A stretch of DNA of 51,358 bases from Spirulina sp. (lineage in GTDB: Bacteria; Cyanobacteriota; Cyanobacteriia; Phormidesmidales; Phormidesmidaceae): assembly GCA_044070495.1 (NCBI GenBank), contig JBIPSI010000035.1, positions 1 to 51,358 on the forward strand, written 5' to 3'. Positions 36,868 through 45,825 of the stretch are shown piece by piece; within the stretch, counting starts at the first letter, position 1, and each line of letters starts with the position of its first letter. The position numbers and the translations under genes are program-made. The notes below the pieces were generated by a model. The model was not told where the DNA came from. It saw nothing but the letters and a program-made list of their open reading frames with translations, and made no database searches.

Positions 36868-39800
36868 ATGCGACAGGCTGCGAAGTGGTTGGGTTTGATT
36901 GCGCTAACGACGGTTATGGTGCCCTTTACCGAGATCCCAGGGTTCTTGAAAGGAACTGGGGGTCTGATGTCTACCGCGATCGCTCAGACAGACAGCGCTA
37001 CGGCCCGTTTGAATAGGGCTAATCATCTTTACAGCAATGAAGCCTTTCAACTCTGGAACTCTGGTCAGTTGGAAGGAGCCTTTGACTTACTATTACAAGC
37101 CTTAGAGTTATACCGCCATCCAGAGGTGCGAGCCGCCTTTCCCCGTGAAAGTTATCTGGGTGAAAGCCGAACGTTAACCGGGCTGGGAGCAGTCTCTCGT
37201 CTATTGGAACGATACGAGCAGGCGCTATCCTACTACGCTGATGCCTTGGCGCTTAGTCGAGAGTTTGATGACCGTCCTGGTGAAGACACCATCCTCAACA
37301 ATATTGGGGTAGTGCATAACTCACTAGGACAGTACGAACAGGCGTTAGCCTACTACACCGAGGCCCTGGCCATTCGTCAAGCAACTGGTAATCGTGCAGG
37401 CGAAGGCATCACCTTATTCAACATGGGGGCAACCCATAACTCGCTGAGACAGTATGAGCAGGCGTTAGAACACTATGCTGCTTCTCTGGCCATTCGCCAG
37501 GATCTCGGCGATCGCGCAGCCATAGGAGACACCCTAAACAGCATTGCAGAGGTGTATGACAGCCTAGAGCAATATGAGCAGGCGATCGCTTACTACATTG
37601 AGTCCCTAGCTATTTATCAAGCTGTTAGCAATCGCACAGGTGAGGGAATGGCCCTTACCAGCATTGGCGTAGCGTATCGCAACCTAGGACAGTATGAGCA
37701 AGCCTTAGCCTACTATACCGATGCCCTAGCGATCGCTCGATCCATCAGTAGCCGAACTGGAGAAAGTACCGTCCTCGACAACATTGGAGTGGTGTACAGA
37801 GCGTTAGGGCAGTATGAGCAAGCGTTGGGCTATTACACCAATGCTTTGAACATTCGTCAGGAAATTGGTGATCGTGCGGGCGCGGCAGCAACTCTCCGCA
37901 ATATTGGAGTGGTGTATAGCAATCTGGGGCAATATGAGCAAGCAATGACCTTTCTGGCTAATGCGCTAGGGATTTTTCAAGACATAGATGATCGCAAGAG
38001 TGAAGGAACTACCATCATTAGCGTTGGAGCCTTATATGCCCACCTAGGACAAGACGAGCAAGCGCTGACCTCGTATACCGATGCTCTAGCGATTTTTCGA
38101 GCCATCGGCGATCGCAGCGGTGAAAGCGCTGCCCTTAACGGCATTGGAGCGGCCTATCAATACCTCAGGCGATATGAGGAGGCATTGACCTACTACACCG
38201 ATGCTCTGGCTATCCGTCAAGCCATCGGCGATCGCAGCGGCGAAGGCACTACTCTCAACAACATTGCGGCGCTGTACTATGTTCAGGGCCAGTATGAGCA
38301 AGCCCTAGCTTCCTACACCGCTGCCCTCGCGATTGCCCAAAATATTGGCAATCGAAGCAGCGAAGGCACTACCCTCAACAACATTGGGCGAGTTTTAGAA
38401 GCTTTAGGCGAGCTAGAGTTAGCGATTGTCTTCTATAAGCAATCGGTCAACGTCCGTGAATCAATACGTGGTGATATTCGCGGTCTCGACACAGACCTTC
38501 AACAATCTTTCACCGACACCGTTGCTCCCACCTATCGTCAGCTTGCAGATCTGCTGCTGCAACAAAACCGCATCCTGGAAGCCCAGCGGGTGCTGGATTT
38601 GCTGAAGGTTCAGGAACTGGATGATGCCTTGCGGGGAATTCGCAGCACCAGCGACACTAGCGGCGGCGTGGCCTTTTGGCAAATGGAAACTGACCTATTG
38701 GCTCTCTATAACCAAGTGATCGCCGATGCCGACGAACTGACCCAACTGCAATCCGCCGATTACGACAGCCTCAGCCCTGCCCAACAGCAGCGCCTTCAAG
38801 ATTTGCGCCAGCGTAACGCCGATGTGCAAAGCCGCTTTACGGCCTTTCTGGATTTGCCCGAAGTGCAGCAACTGTTGGCCCAAATTCGCCAAGAAACCGA
38901 AGGGGAAAACCTGGACATCGAGAACCAGCACCGTGCGCTACAAAATAACCTCCGTGCCCTGCCCCAAAAGACGGCTCTGCTCTACCCACTGATTCTGCCC
39001 GACCGCCTTGAACTCGTCCTGGTGACCGCCGATGGCCCGCCCCTGCGTTATCCCATCGCCGTGGGTGGGGCCGAGCTAAACCGCGCCATTGTTGCCTTTG
39101 GCCAAGCCCTTAAAGACCCCAGCAGCGACATTCAGCCCCTCGCCCAACAGCTCTATGGTTGGCTGGTGGCCCCGTTGGAGGATGCCTTGGCTCAGGCGGG
39201 GATTGAATCGCTGCTCTATGCGCCGGATGGTGCCCTGCGCTATGTGCCCCTGGCGGCCTTGCACGATGGCGACCAGTATTTGGCCCAACGCTTCAGCCTC
39301 AGTCAAATTACAGCGGTTTCACTGTCCAACCTTAACCAGGTGCCCGATCCAGATCAGCGGCGACTGTTGGCGGCGGCCTGTGCCGAATGCAGCTTTACGG
39401 TAACGGTGGGAGATCGGGCCTTTGCCTTTGAGGATTTGCCCTACACCGAACCTGAAGTCAAAGCCCTCGCCGAGCAGATGCCCAACACCCGCGTGCTGCT
39501 GAACCAGGGCTTTAGCCGTCAGGAGTTGGAAAATCGCCTAGGCAGCTACAGCATTATTCACCTGGCCACCCACGGCGCAGTGGTGGAGAATGCCCCGCGT
39601 CAGTCCTTTGTGGTCTTGGGTAGCGGAGAACACGTCACCCTGGAGGACATTCGCCAAGGCTGGAACCTGAACCGTGCAGAGTTGGTGGTGCTGAGCGCCT
39701 GCGAGACAGCGGTGGGCAGTACGGAACTGGGCAGCGGTGTGGAAATTTTGGGCCTGGGCTACCAGATCCAGGAGGCCGGAGCCATGGGGGTGCTGGCCTC

Positions 39801-40068
39801 GCTGTGGAAAGTGAGCGACCAGGGCACCCAGGTCTTGATGGGGGCGTTTTATGATGCCCTAGGCCAAGGCATGACCAAGGGCCAAGCGCTTCAAGCGGCC
39901 CAGCAGGCGCTAATTACGGGCGATTTTTCGGCAGTGGGGGGCGCACGGGCCACGGGGGAATTGGTCGAGATCGCCACGGGTCAGCCGCTACAGGGGAGTG
40001 AATCCGGTGACTCCTTAGCACACCCCTACTTTTGGGCACCGTTTATCCTGATTGGCAATGGGCTGTAG
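36868..40068 (+). CDS. Secreted TPR-CHAT protease
   Basis: Shared leader MRQAAKWLGLIA; ~10-11 TPRs; HLATHG/VLSACET/WAPFILIG. Confidence 0.93.
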   Translation: MRQAAKWLGLIALTTVMVPFTEIPGFLKGTGGLMSTAIAQTDSATARLNRANHLYSNEAFQLWNSGQLEGAFDLLLQALELYRHPEVRAAFPRESYLGESRTLTGLGAVSRLLERYEQALSYYADALALSREFDDRPGEDTILNNIGVVHNSLGQYEQALAYYTEALAIRQATGNRAGEGITLFNMGATHNSLRQYEQALEHYAASLAIRQDLGDRAAIGDTLNSIAEVYDSLEQYEQAIAYYIESLAIYQAVSNRTGEGMALTSIGVAYRNLGQYEQALAYYTDALAIARSISSRTGESTVLDNIGVVYRALGQYEQALGYYTNALNIRQEIGDRAGAAATLRNIGVVYSNLGQYEQAMTFLANALGIFQDIDDRKSEGTTIISVGALYAHLGQDEQALTSYTDALAIFRAIGDRSGESAALNGIGAAYQYLRRYEEALTYYTDALAIRQAIGDRSGEGTTLNNIAALYYVQGQYEQALASYTAALAIAQNIGNRSSEGTTLNNIGRVLEALGELELAIVFYKQSVNVRESIRGDIRGLDTDLQQSFTDTVAPTYRQLADLLLQQNRILEAQRVLDLLKVQELDDALRGIRSTSDTSGGVAFWQMETDLLALYNQVIADADELTQLQSADYDSLSPAQQQRLQDLRQRNADVQSRFTAFLDLPEVQQLLAQIRQETEGENLDIENQHRALQNNLRALPQKTALLYPLILPDRLELVLVTADGPPLRYPIAVGGAELNRAIVAFGQALKDPSSDIQPLAQQLYGWLVAPLEDALAQAGIESLLYAPDGALRYVPLAALHDGDQYLAQRFSLSQITAVSLSNLNQVPDPDQRRLLAAACAECSFTVTVGDRAFAFEDLPYTEPEVKALAEQMPNTRVLLNQGFSRQELENRLGSYSIIHLATHGAVVENAPRQSFVVLGSGEHVTLEDIRQGWNLNRAELVVLSACETAVGSTELGSGVEILGLGYQIQEAGAMGVLASLWKVSDQGTQVLMGAFYDALGQGMTKGQALQAAQQALITGDFSAVGGARATGELVEIATGQPLQGSESGDSLAHPYFWAPFILIGNGL

Positions 40069-40148
40069 CACAGTGAGCCACAGCTATCATTCTCAGGGCC
40101 GCCCAACCCCGCCGCTATACTAAAAGCACCCGCCACCCCAACGTTGCT

Positions 40149-40868
40149 ATGACCCTGGCCAAAGAACCCAGTACCTCGGTGATCGCCCCTGACGATCCGT
40201 CCCCAACGGCGGCATCCCCATCTGGGCAGGCGGTGGTGTTTCCCCCTGGCGACCTCTATAGCGATGAACCCCCCTTGGAAACCGATCTCCACCGCGACCA
40301 GATTGACCTCCTGATTCGCCTACTCCGATCCCTCTGGCATGACCGCCAAGACTTCTACGTTTCTGGCAACACCACCATCTACTACAGCCCCAAACAGCGA
40401 AAGTCTGAGGATTTTCGAGGGCCGGACTTTTTTGTGGTGCTGGGTACCGAGCGTCGTCCCCGCAAAAGTTGGGTGGTGTGGGAGGAAGAGGGCAAGTATC
40501 CCCATGTGATTATTGAGCTGCTGTCGGACTCCACCGCCCAGACTGACCGGGGGCTGAAGAAGCAACTCTACCAAGACACCTTCCGCACACCGGATTACTT
40601 TTGGTTTGACCCCCACAGTCTGGAGTTTGAGGGGTTTCATCTGGTGGATGGCACCTATCGCCCCCTAGAGGCCAATGAGCAGGGCTGGCGCTGGAGTGAG
40701 CAACTGGGGCTGTACCTGGGCATTCACGAGAACCAACTGCGCTTTTTTACCCCAGAAGGTGCCCTAGTGCCCAGCCCAGAGGAATCCGCAGTCGCCGCGC
40801 ACCAACGGAGTGAGAAGCTAGCCGCCAAGCTCCGGGAGTTGGGAATTGACCCTGATGAGATTTCCTAG
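40149..40868 (+). CDS. Uma2 (DUF820)-family endonuclease-like protein
   Basis: SDEPPLETDLH, FRGPDFFVV, VIIELLSDSTA, DYFWFDP typical of cyanobacterial Uma2. Confidence 0.9.
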   Translation: MTLAKEPSTSVIAPDDPSPTAASPSGQAVVFPPGDLYSDEPPLETDLHRDQIDLLIRLLRSLWHDRQDFYVSGNTTIYYSPKQRKSEDFRGPDFFVVLGTERRPRKSWVVWEEEGKYPHVIIELLSDSTAQTDRGLKKQLYQDTFRTPDYFWFDPHSLEFEGFHLVDGTYRPLEANEQGWRWSEQLGLYLGIHENQLRFFTPEGALVPSPEESAVAAHQRSEKLAAKLRELGIDPDEIS

Positions 40869-40874
40869 AGCGAT

Positions 40875-41102
40875 CTAAACGTGATAAGCCGTAATCACGA
40901 TCTAGCCATCGGGGCTGTAGATGGCTTCAATGCGCCTATAAGAGGTGTGATTCCACCAGACTTTTAAGCGGTTTCCTTTGGCTGGGGCCGATCCCGCTAG
41001 TTGATAGCCTGCTTTCTCCAGGCGTATTTCAAAGTCTTCTTTCGGCAATGTCTTTGAGGTGATTTGCGGGATGCCGTCAAGCTTGTGCTTGTCAAGGGTC
41101 AT
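40875..41102 (-). pseudogene. Small toxin/RNase-like ORF with premature TAG
   Basis: ...IEAIYSPDG*IVITAYHV*: read-through gives a VITAY C-terminus. Confidence 0.45.
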
Positions 41103-41343
41103 AGCTGCCCTGATAGCTGCTGTAAATGCGGTAGTCAGGTAGCACTAGGGCAATCCCCACGGGGCTGTGGATGGTGCCTAGGTAGGTCTCTTCGGCAATG
41201 CTGCCACCTAGGCGAAGTTTAAGGGGGCCAAGCCACAGATACAGTCCAGGAATCAGACAGTCGAGGCTGTAGGCGATGGCCTGCAACCTGCGATCTACGG
41301 GCTGCTGCTGATCTGATGGGTGATTCGTCTTTGTGGGTGCCAT
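41092..41343 (-). CDS. Hypothetical protein (coupled to the downstream ORF)
   Basis: 83-aa ORF overlapping the start of the next ORF at 41102. Confidence 0.55.
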   Translation of the reverse strand: MAPTKTNHPSDQQQPVDRRLQAIAYSLDCLIPGLYLWLGPLKLRLGGSIAEETYLGTIHSPVGIALVLPDYRIYSSYQGSYDP

Positions 41344-41415
41344 AGGCCGTCTTGCATGGAGGCTATAAACTCATTTTACCAACGGCCCCGACCTACCCTC
41401 TCCCCATGAAAGGGT

Positions 41416-41546
41416 GAAAGATTAGCTAAAGCTGAATAAGTCGCCTGGAGCAGGACATATATAGTAATGTCACCCTTAGATGGAGCATTGCCCCCATGGG
41501 ACAGGCTGCAAAGTGGTTGGGTTTGCTGGCGCTGACGATAATCTAA
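41416..41546 (+). pseudogene. Orphan CHAT promoter and leader (direct repeat of 41893-42016)
   Basis: Motif at 41433-41459; ATG 41496 gives MGQAAKWLGLLALTII*. Confidence 0.85.
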
Positions 41547-41624
41547 GTGATGGATATTGACCAAATTCAGGCAAAGGTGAAGGCCGATGAGTATGTCTAT
41601 ACCTCCCATGGGATCCTAAACCCT

Positions 41625-41873
41625 ATGAGCGAGAAGCGATGCACGACCTGCGGCAGTAGCGACTACGAAACGCGGCAGATTACCTATCTATATAGTCACC
41701 AGGGCCAGTATTTGATTGTGCCCAATACCCCGGTGGAAGTGTGCCAACACTGTGGGACGACTTACTATCGTGCGGCGGTGTTGAAGCAAATCGAGCAGCA
41801 GTTTTTTGATATCTACAGCGATGCCATGGCCCCGGACGACTATCTTCAGGTGCCGATGAAGGCGTTTGGATGA
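41625..41873 (+). CDS. YgiT/MqsA-type zinc-finger antitoxin-like protein
   Basis: CTTCG...IVPNTPVEVCQHCGTTYY; preceded in frame by a DUF4258-like stub (MDIDQIQAKVKADEYVYTSH, from 41547). Confidence 0.8.
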   Translation: MSEKRCTTCGSSDYETRQITYLYSHQGQYLIVPNTPVEVCQHCGTTYYRAAVLKQIEQQFFDIYSDAMAPDDYLQVPMKAFG

Positions 41874-41909
41874 TGGATCAAGGATGGTTAGCGAAAGATT
41901 ACCTAAACC

Positions 41910-41936
41910 TGAATAAGTCGTCTGGGGCAGGACATA
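41910..41936 (+). promoter_or_regulatory. Island promoter motif copy (TGAATAAG-N11-AGGACATA)
   Basis: 64 nt upstream of ATG 41974. Confidence 0.7.
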
Positions 41937-41973
41937 TATAGTGATGTCACCCTCTAGATGGAGCATTGCCCCC

Positions 41974-44574
41974 ATGCGACAGGCTGCAAAGTGGTTGGGT
42001 TTGGTTGCCCTAACGACTGTACTGGTGCCCTTTGCCGAGATTCCCGGTTTCTTTAAAGAAACCGGGAATCTGATGCCCGCTGCGATGGCCCAGAGTGCCG
42101 AGGATCGCTTAGCTGAGGTAGATCGCTTGCTCGATCTGGGTATTGAACAAGCCCAAGTGAGCCAGTTTTGGGAGGCGCTACAATCCTGGCAGGAAGCGCT
42201 GGAAATTTGCCGCGAGATTGGCTACCGGGGTGGAGAAGGGAGGGTGCTGGGGAATTTAGGCCTTGCGTACAACAGCCTGGGAGATTATCGCCGCGCTATT
42301 GACTTCCATGAGCAAAGTCTGTTGATCGCCCGTGAGATTGGTGATCGCCAAGGAGAAGGAATTGCCCTAGTCAGTTTAGGCACTACCTTTGTTGACCTCG
42401 GCCAATATCGACATGCCATTGACTTTTTCTATCAGCAAGGTCTAAGTATTATTCGCGAGCTTGGCAACCAACAATGGGAAGGAAGCATTCTGGGTAATTT
42501 GGGTATTGCTTATCATCGGCTTGGTCAATATCAAAGCGCTATTGACCTTTATTGGAAGCATCTGGCTATTGCCCGCGAGGTTGGTGATCACCAGGGAGAA
42601 GGAATTGCACTGGGCCATTTGGGCGTAGCTTACGCTGATCTTGGTCAATATGAACGCGCCATTGACTTCTATAGGCAACATCTGACCATTGTCCGCACGA
42701 TTGGTGATCATCAAGGAGAAGGAAATGTTCTAGGCAATTTGGGAAATGCCTACACTAAGCTCGGCCAACATCAACGTGCGGTTGACCTTTATCAGCGAAG
42801 TCTTGTGATTGCCCGTGAGATTGCTGATCGACAAGGGGAAGGCAGTACGTTGGGTAACTTGGGTCTTGTTTATGCTTATCTTGGTCAATATCAATATGCC
42901 ATTGAATTCTATCAGCAGCATTTGGCTATTGCCCGTGAGATTGGTGATCGAGAAGGGGAAGGAAACACGCTGAATAACTTGGGTCTTGCTTACAACTATC
43001 TTGGAGACTATCGCCAAGCCATTGGGTTCTATGAGCAAGCTCTGGCCATCGCCCGCGACATTCAGAATCGCCTTGGCGAAGGACTTGCCCTGAGCAACTT
43101 GGGCTTGACTTATTCAAATACAGAACGATTCGCCCTGGCAGAAACAGCCTTAGCCCAAGCCCTGGATATCTGGGACGCTCTCAGAGACTCAGACCTGCCC
43201 GACGCCGACAAAATTTCCCTCTTTGAAACCCAGCGCAACTCGTTTCTGCTGCTTCAGCGGGTACTGGTTGCCCAGGATAAAGTTGGCCCAGCCCTAGAAG
43301 TGGCCGAACGGGGGCGAGGCCGAGCCTTTGCGGAACTCCTCTCCCAGCGCCTTTCATCCGAGGACGCTGTGCTAGACGCGGCACCACCTCAGCTAAGCGA
43401 CATTAAAGCCCTAGCCCAGGAACAACAAACGACCCTGATCACCTATTCGGTGATCCGTTTCACCGATGAAGATGATGATGATGGCGTACTTCACATTTGG
43501 GTGGTTTCGCCCACGGGCGACCTCACCTTTCGCCGCCAACCCCTAGATGGCGTTGACCTATCCAGCCTCGTTACCACCGCCCGCCAGTCCCTGGGTGTGC
43601 GCGGCGACCGCTTGGCCACCGCCATCGTGGAACTCACCCCCGAAGCCCTGGCCCGCCAACAGGCCGAAACCGAAGCCAACCTCCGCCAGCTCTACGATGT
43701 GCTGATTGCCCCCATTGCCGACCTGCTGCCTGCTGACCCCACGCAGCCTGTGGTTTTCATGCCTCAAGATGAGTTGTTTTTGGTGCCCTTCGCTGCCCTC
43801 AAAGCGCCCGATGATCAATACCTGATTGAAAACCACACCATCCTCACGTCTCCCTCGATTCAGGTGTTTGGGCTGGCGACGGAGGCCAAAGCCGCTACGG
43901 TACGGGCCAACGGCGGTTCATCGGCGACCCGTAACCCCCTGATTGTGGGCAACCCCACCATGCCCAGCGTCACCTTTCTCAGCGAGGGCGGCAGCTTCCA
44001 GGATGTGCAGCTCAGTTCCCTACCCGGTGCCCAGCGAGAGGCCGAGGCGATTTCGGGCTTTCTACAAACCCCGGCCCTGTTGGGCAGTGCGGCCACCAAA
44101 ACAGCGGTGCAGCAACGCATGGCCGAGGCCGATGTGATTCACTTGGCCACCCACGGTTTGCTGGAGTATGGCGACCCGCAACAAACCGGGACGCGGGATT
44201 TGCCCGGTGCCATTGCCCTCGCCCCCGGCAGTGGGGAGGATGGCCTACTAACGGCAGCGGAAATTTTGCAGATGGACTTGCGGGCCGACCTAGCTGTACT
44301 GAGTGCCTGCGACACCGGGCGGGGACGCATTACGGGGGATGGGGTGATTGGCCTCTCCCGTGCCTTTGTGGCGGCGGGGGTGCCCAGCATCATCGTGTCC
44401 CTCTGGGCGGTGGATGACCAGGCCACCGCAGACCTGATGGTGGCCTTTTACGACCATTGGCAACAGAGCGGCGACAAGGCCCAGGCCTTGCGACAGGCCA
44501 TGCTCACCACCATGGAGACCCACCCCGACCCGCGCCTGTGGTCAGCCTTTACGTTGATTGGTTCCCCCAATTAA
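41974..44574 (+). CDS. Secreted TPR-CHAT protease (paralog of 23661-27092)
   Basis: Start set by the shared leader MRQAAKWLGLVA; ~7 TPRs; HLATHG/LSACDT. Confidence 0.93.
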   Translation: MRQAAKWLGLVALTTVLVPFAEIPGFFKETGNLMPAAMAQSAEDRLAEVDRLLDLGIEQAQVSQFWEALQSWQEALEICREIGYRGGEGRVLGNLGLAYNSLGDYRRAIDFHEQSLLIAREIGDRQGEGIALVSLGTTFVDLGQYRHAIDFFYQQGLSIIRELGNQQWEGSILGNLGIAYHRLGQYQSAIDLYWKHLAIAREVGDHQGEGIALGHLGVAYADLGQYERAIDFYRQHLTIVRTIGDHQGEGNVLGNLGNAYTKLGQHQRAVDLYQRSLVIAREIADRQGEGSTLGNLGLVYAYLGQYQYAIEFYQQHLAIAREIGDREGEGNTLNNLGLAYNYLGDYRQAIGFYEQALAIARDIQNRLGEGLALSNLGLTYSNTERFALAETALAQALDIWDALRDSDLPDADKISLFETQRNSFLLLQRVLVAQDKVGPALEVAERGRGRAFAELLSQRLSSEDAVLDAAPPQLSDIKALAQEQQTTLITYSVIRFTDEDDDDGVLHIWVVSPTGDLTFRRQPLDGVDLSSLVTTARQSLGVRGDRLATAIVELTPEALARQQAETEANLRQLYDVLIAPIADLLPADPTQPVVFMPQDELFLVPFAALKAPDDQYLIENHTILTSPSIQVFGLATEAKAATVRANGGSSATRNPLIVGNPTMPSVTFLSEGGSFQDVQLSSLPGAQREAEAISGFLQTPALLGSAATKTAVQQRMAEADVIHLATHGLLEYGDPQQTGTRDLPGAIALAPGSGEDGLLTAAEILQMDLRADLAVLSACDTGRGRITGDGVIGLSRAFVAAGVPSIIVSLWAVDDQATADLMVAFYDHWQQSGDKAQALRQAMLTTMETHPDPRLWSAFTLIGSPN

Positions 44575-44638
44575 GCGACGTTTCTGACAAAACCTGAAGC
44601 CTTTTTTGAGGGTTGCCATGAAATAATTTTGGCTGGGT

Positions 44639-44665
44639 TGTATAAGTTCCTTTGCGTCAGACATA
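44639..44665 (+). promoter_or_regulatory. Island promoter motif copy (TGTATAAG-N11-CAGACATA)
   Basis: 62 nt upstream of ATG 44701. Confidence 0.7.
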
Positions 44666-44700
44666 GATCACATTGTCGTCCTACAAACGTTGTGATTCTC

Positions 44701-45693
44701 ATGAAACGACTGTCTTTGTCTAAGCTGTCCTTTTTCAAAGCAGCAGGGCTAATGGCCACGAGTGCGGCATTGATTGCCACCCCCCTCTCAGTTCAAGCGG
44801 GTTCCGCTGTGCTGGAGGTGTTCACCCAGGCCCAGCACACCGCCGCCGAGAAAGTTCGCGCCTTTGGCTTAGTTCCCAATCTCGAACCCCATATCCCAGC
44901 GGATTTGAGTCAATCGCAGAATCCGACCGCGCAGGATGCTGATGGAGGTGGTCGGGGCATTATCGGCCTCAGCGATGATCGCACGCCGATGACCAGCCGT
45001 AGCTATCCCTGGTCGGCGATTGGGCGGCTGCAAAGCCCGATAGATAGCACCACCATTACCATCTGTAGCGGTACTCTGGTGGCCCCAGATATCGTCCTCA
45101 CCAATGCCCACTGTGTGATTAACCCCGAAACCAGCGAAATCAAGCCGAATATCACCTTTCATCCCAACATGATCGAGGGCCGTGTGGCCGACCCCAGCCA
45201 CATTGCCCAGGCCGTAGATCTGATCTATGGCACCGATTTTTACAACGACAACCGCGCCCCCCACCCCCAGGATTGGGCCTTCGTCAAGCTGGATCGACCC
45301 CTAGGCGATACCTATGGCACCCTGGCCTGGACATCCCTCTCCGTGGGCGACCTGGTGCGTAATCACCGCAACCAAATCATCACCGCTGGCTACTCTGGGG
45401 ATTTTCCTGCCGAGGCACCGGGGCGCACCGCTGGTGTTCACCTGGGCTGCAATGTGCTGGGCGAAGTGGAAGGTAGCCTGATCCACGACTGCGATACCCA
45501 CCCCGGATCCTCCGGTGGCCCGATGATGACCCTCATCAACGGTGAGTACCGGATTGTGGGCATCAATTCCGCCGAACGCACCGAACGCGCCACCAACCCC
45601 ACCACGGGCGAAGTCATCGCCAGCCAAGGAATCGTCAACTACGGAGTCAAAATTCAGCCCATCATCGACTTTATCCGTCAGGCCCAGCGGTAG
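44701..45693 (+). CDS. Secreted trypsin-like (S1, V8-like) serine protease
   Basis: Signal peptide; LTNAHC, QDWAFVKL, PGSSGGP; propeptide ends at GGGR-GIIG. Confidence 0.9.
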   Translation: MKRLSLSKLSFFKAAGLMATSAALIATPLSVQAGSAVLEVFTQAQHTAAEKVRAFGLVPNLEPHIPADLSQSQNPTAQDADGGGRGIIGLSDDRTPMTSRSYPWSAIGRLQSPIDSTTITICSGTLVAPDIVLTNAHCVINPETSEIKPNITFHPNMIEGRVADPSHIAQAVDLIYGTDFYNDNRAPHPQDWAFVKLDRPLGDTYGTLAWTSLSVGDLVRNHRNQIITAGYSGDFPAEAPGRTAGVHLGCNVLGEVEGSLIHDCDTHPGSSGGPMMTLINGEYRIVGINSAERTERATNPTTGEVIASQGIVNYGVKIQPIIDFIRQAQR

Positions 45694-45825
45694 CCGCCTC
45701 AGCCCGATCCGACCATCGTCCTCCATACACCCATCTGTCCTCACGGTGCCATCCCAATCCCCAGCATCCAATAACCAATAACCAACCCCACACCCAGCCT
45801 TTATTCCCTTCCTCGGAGATTTACT

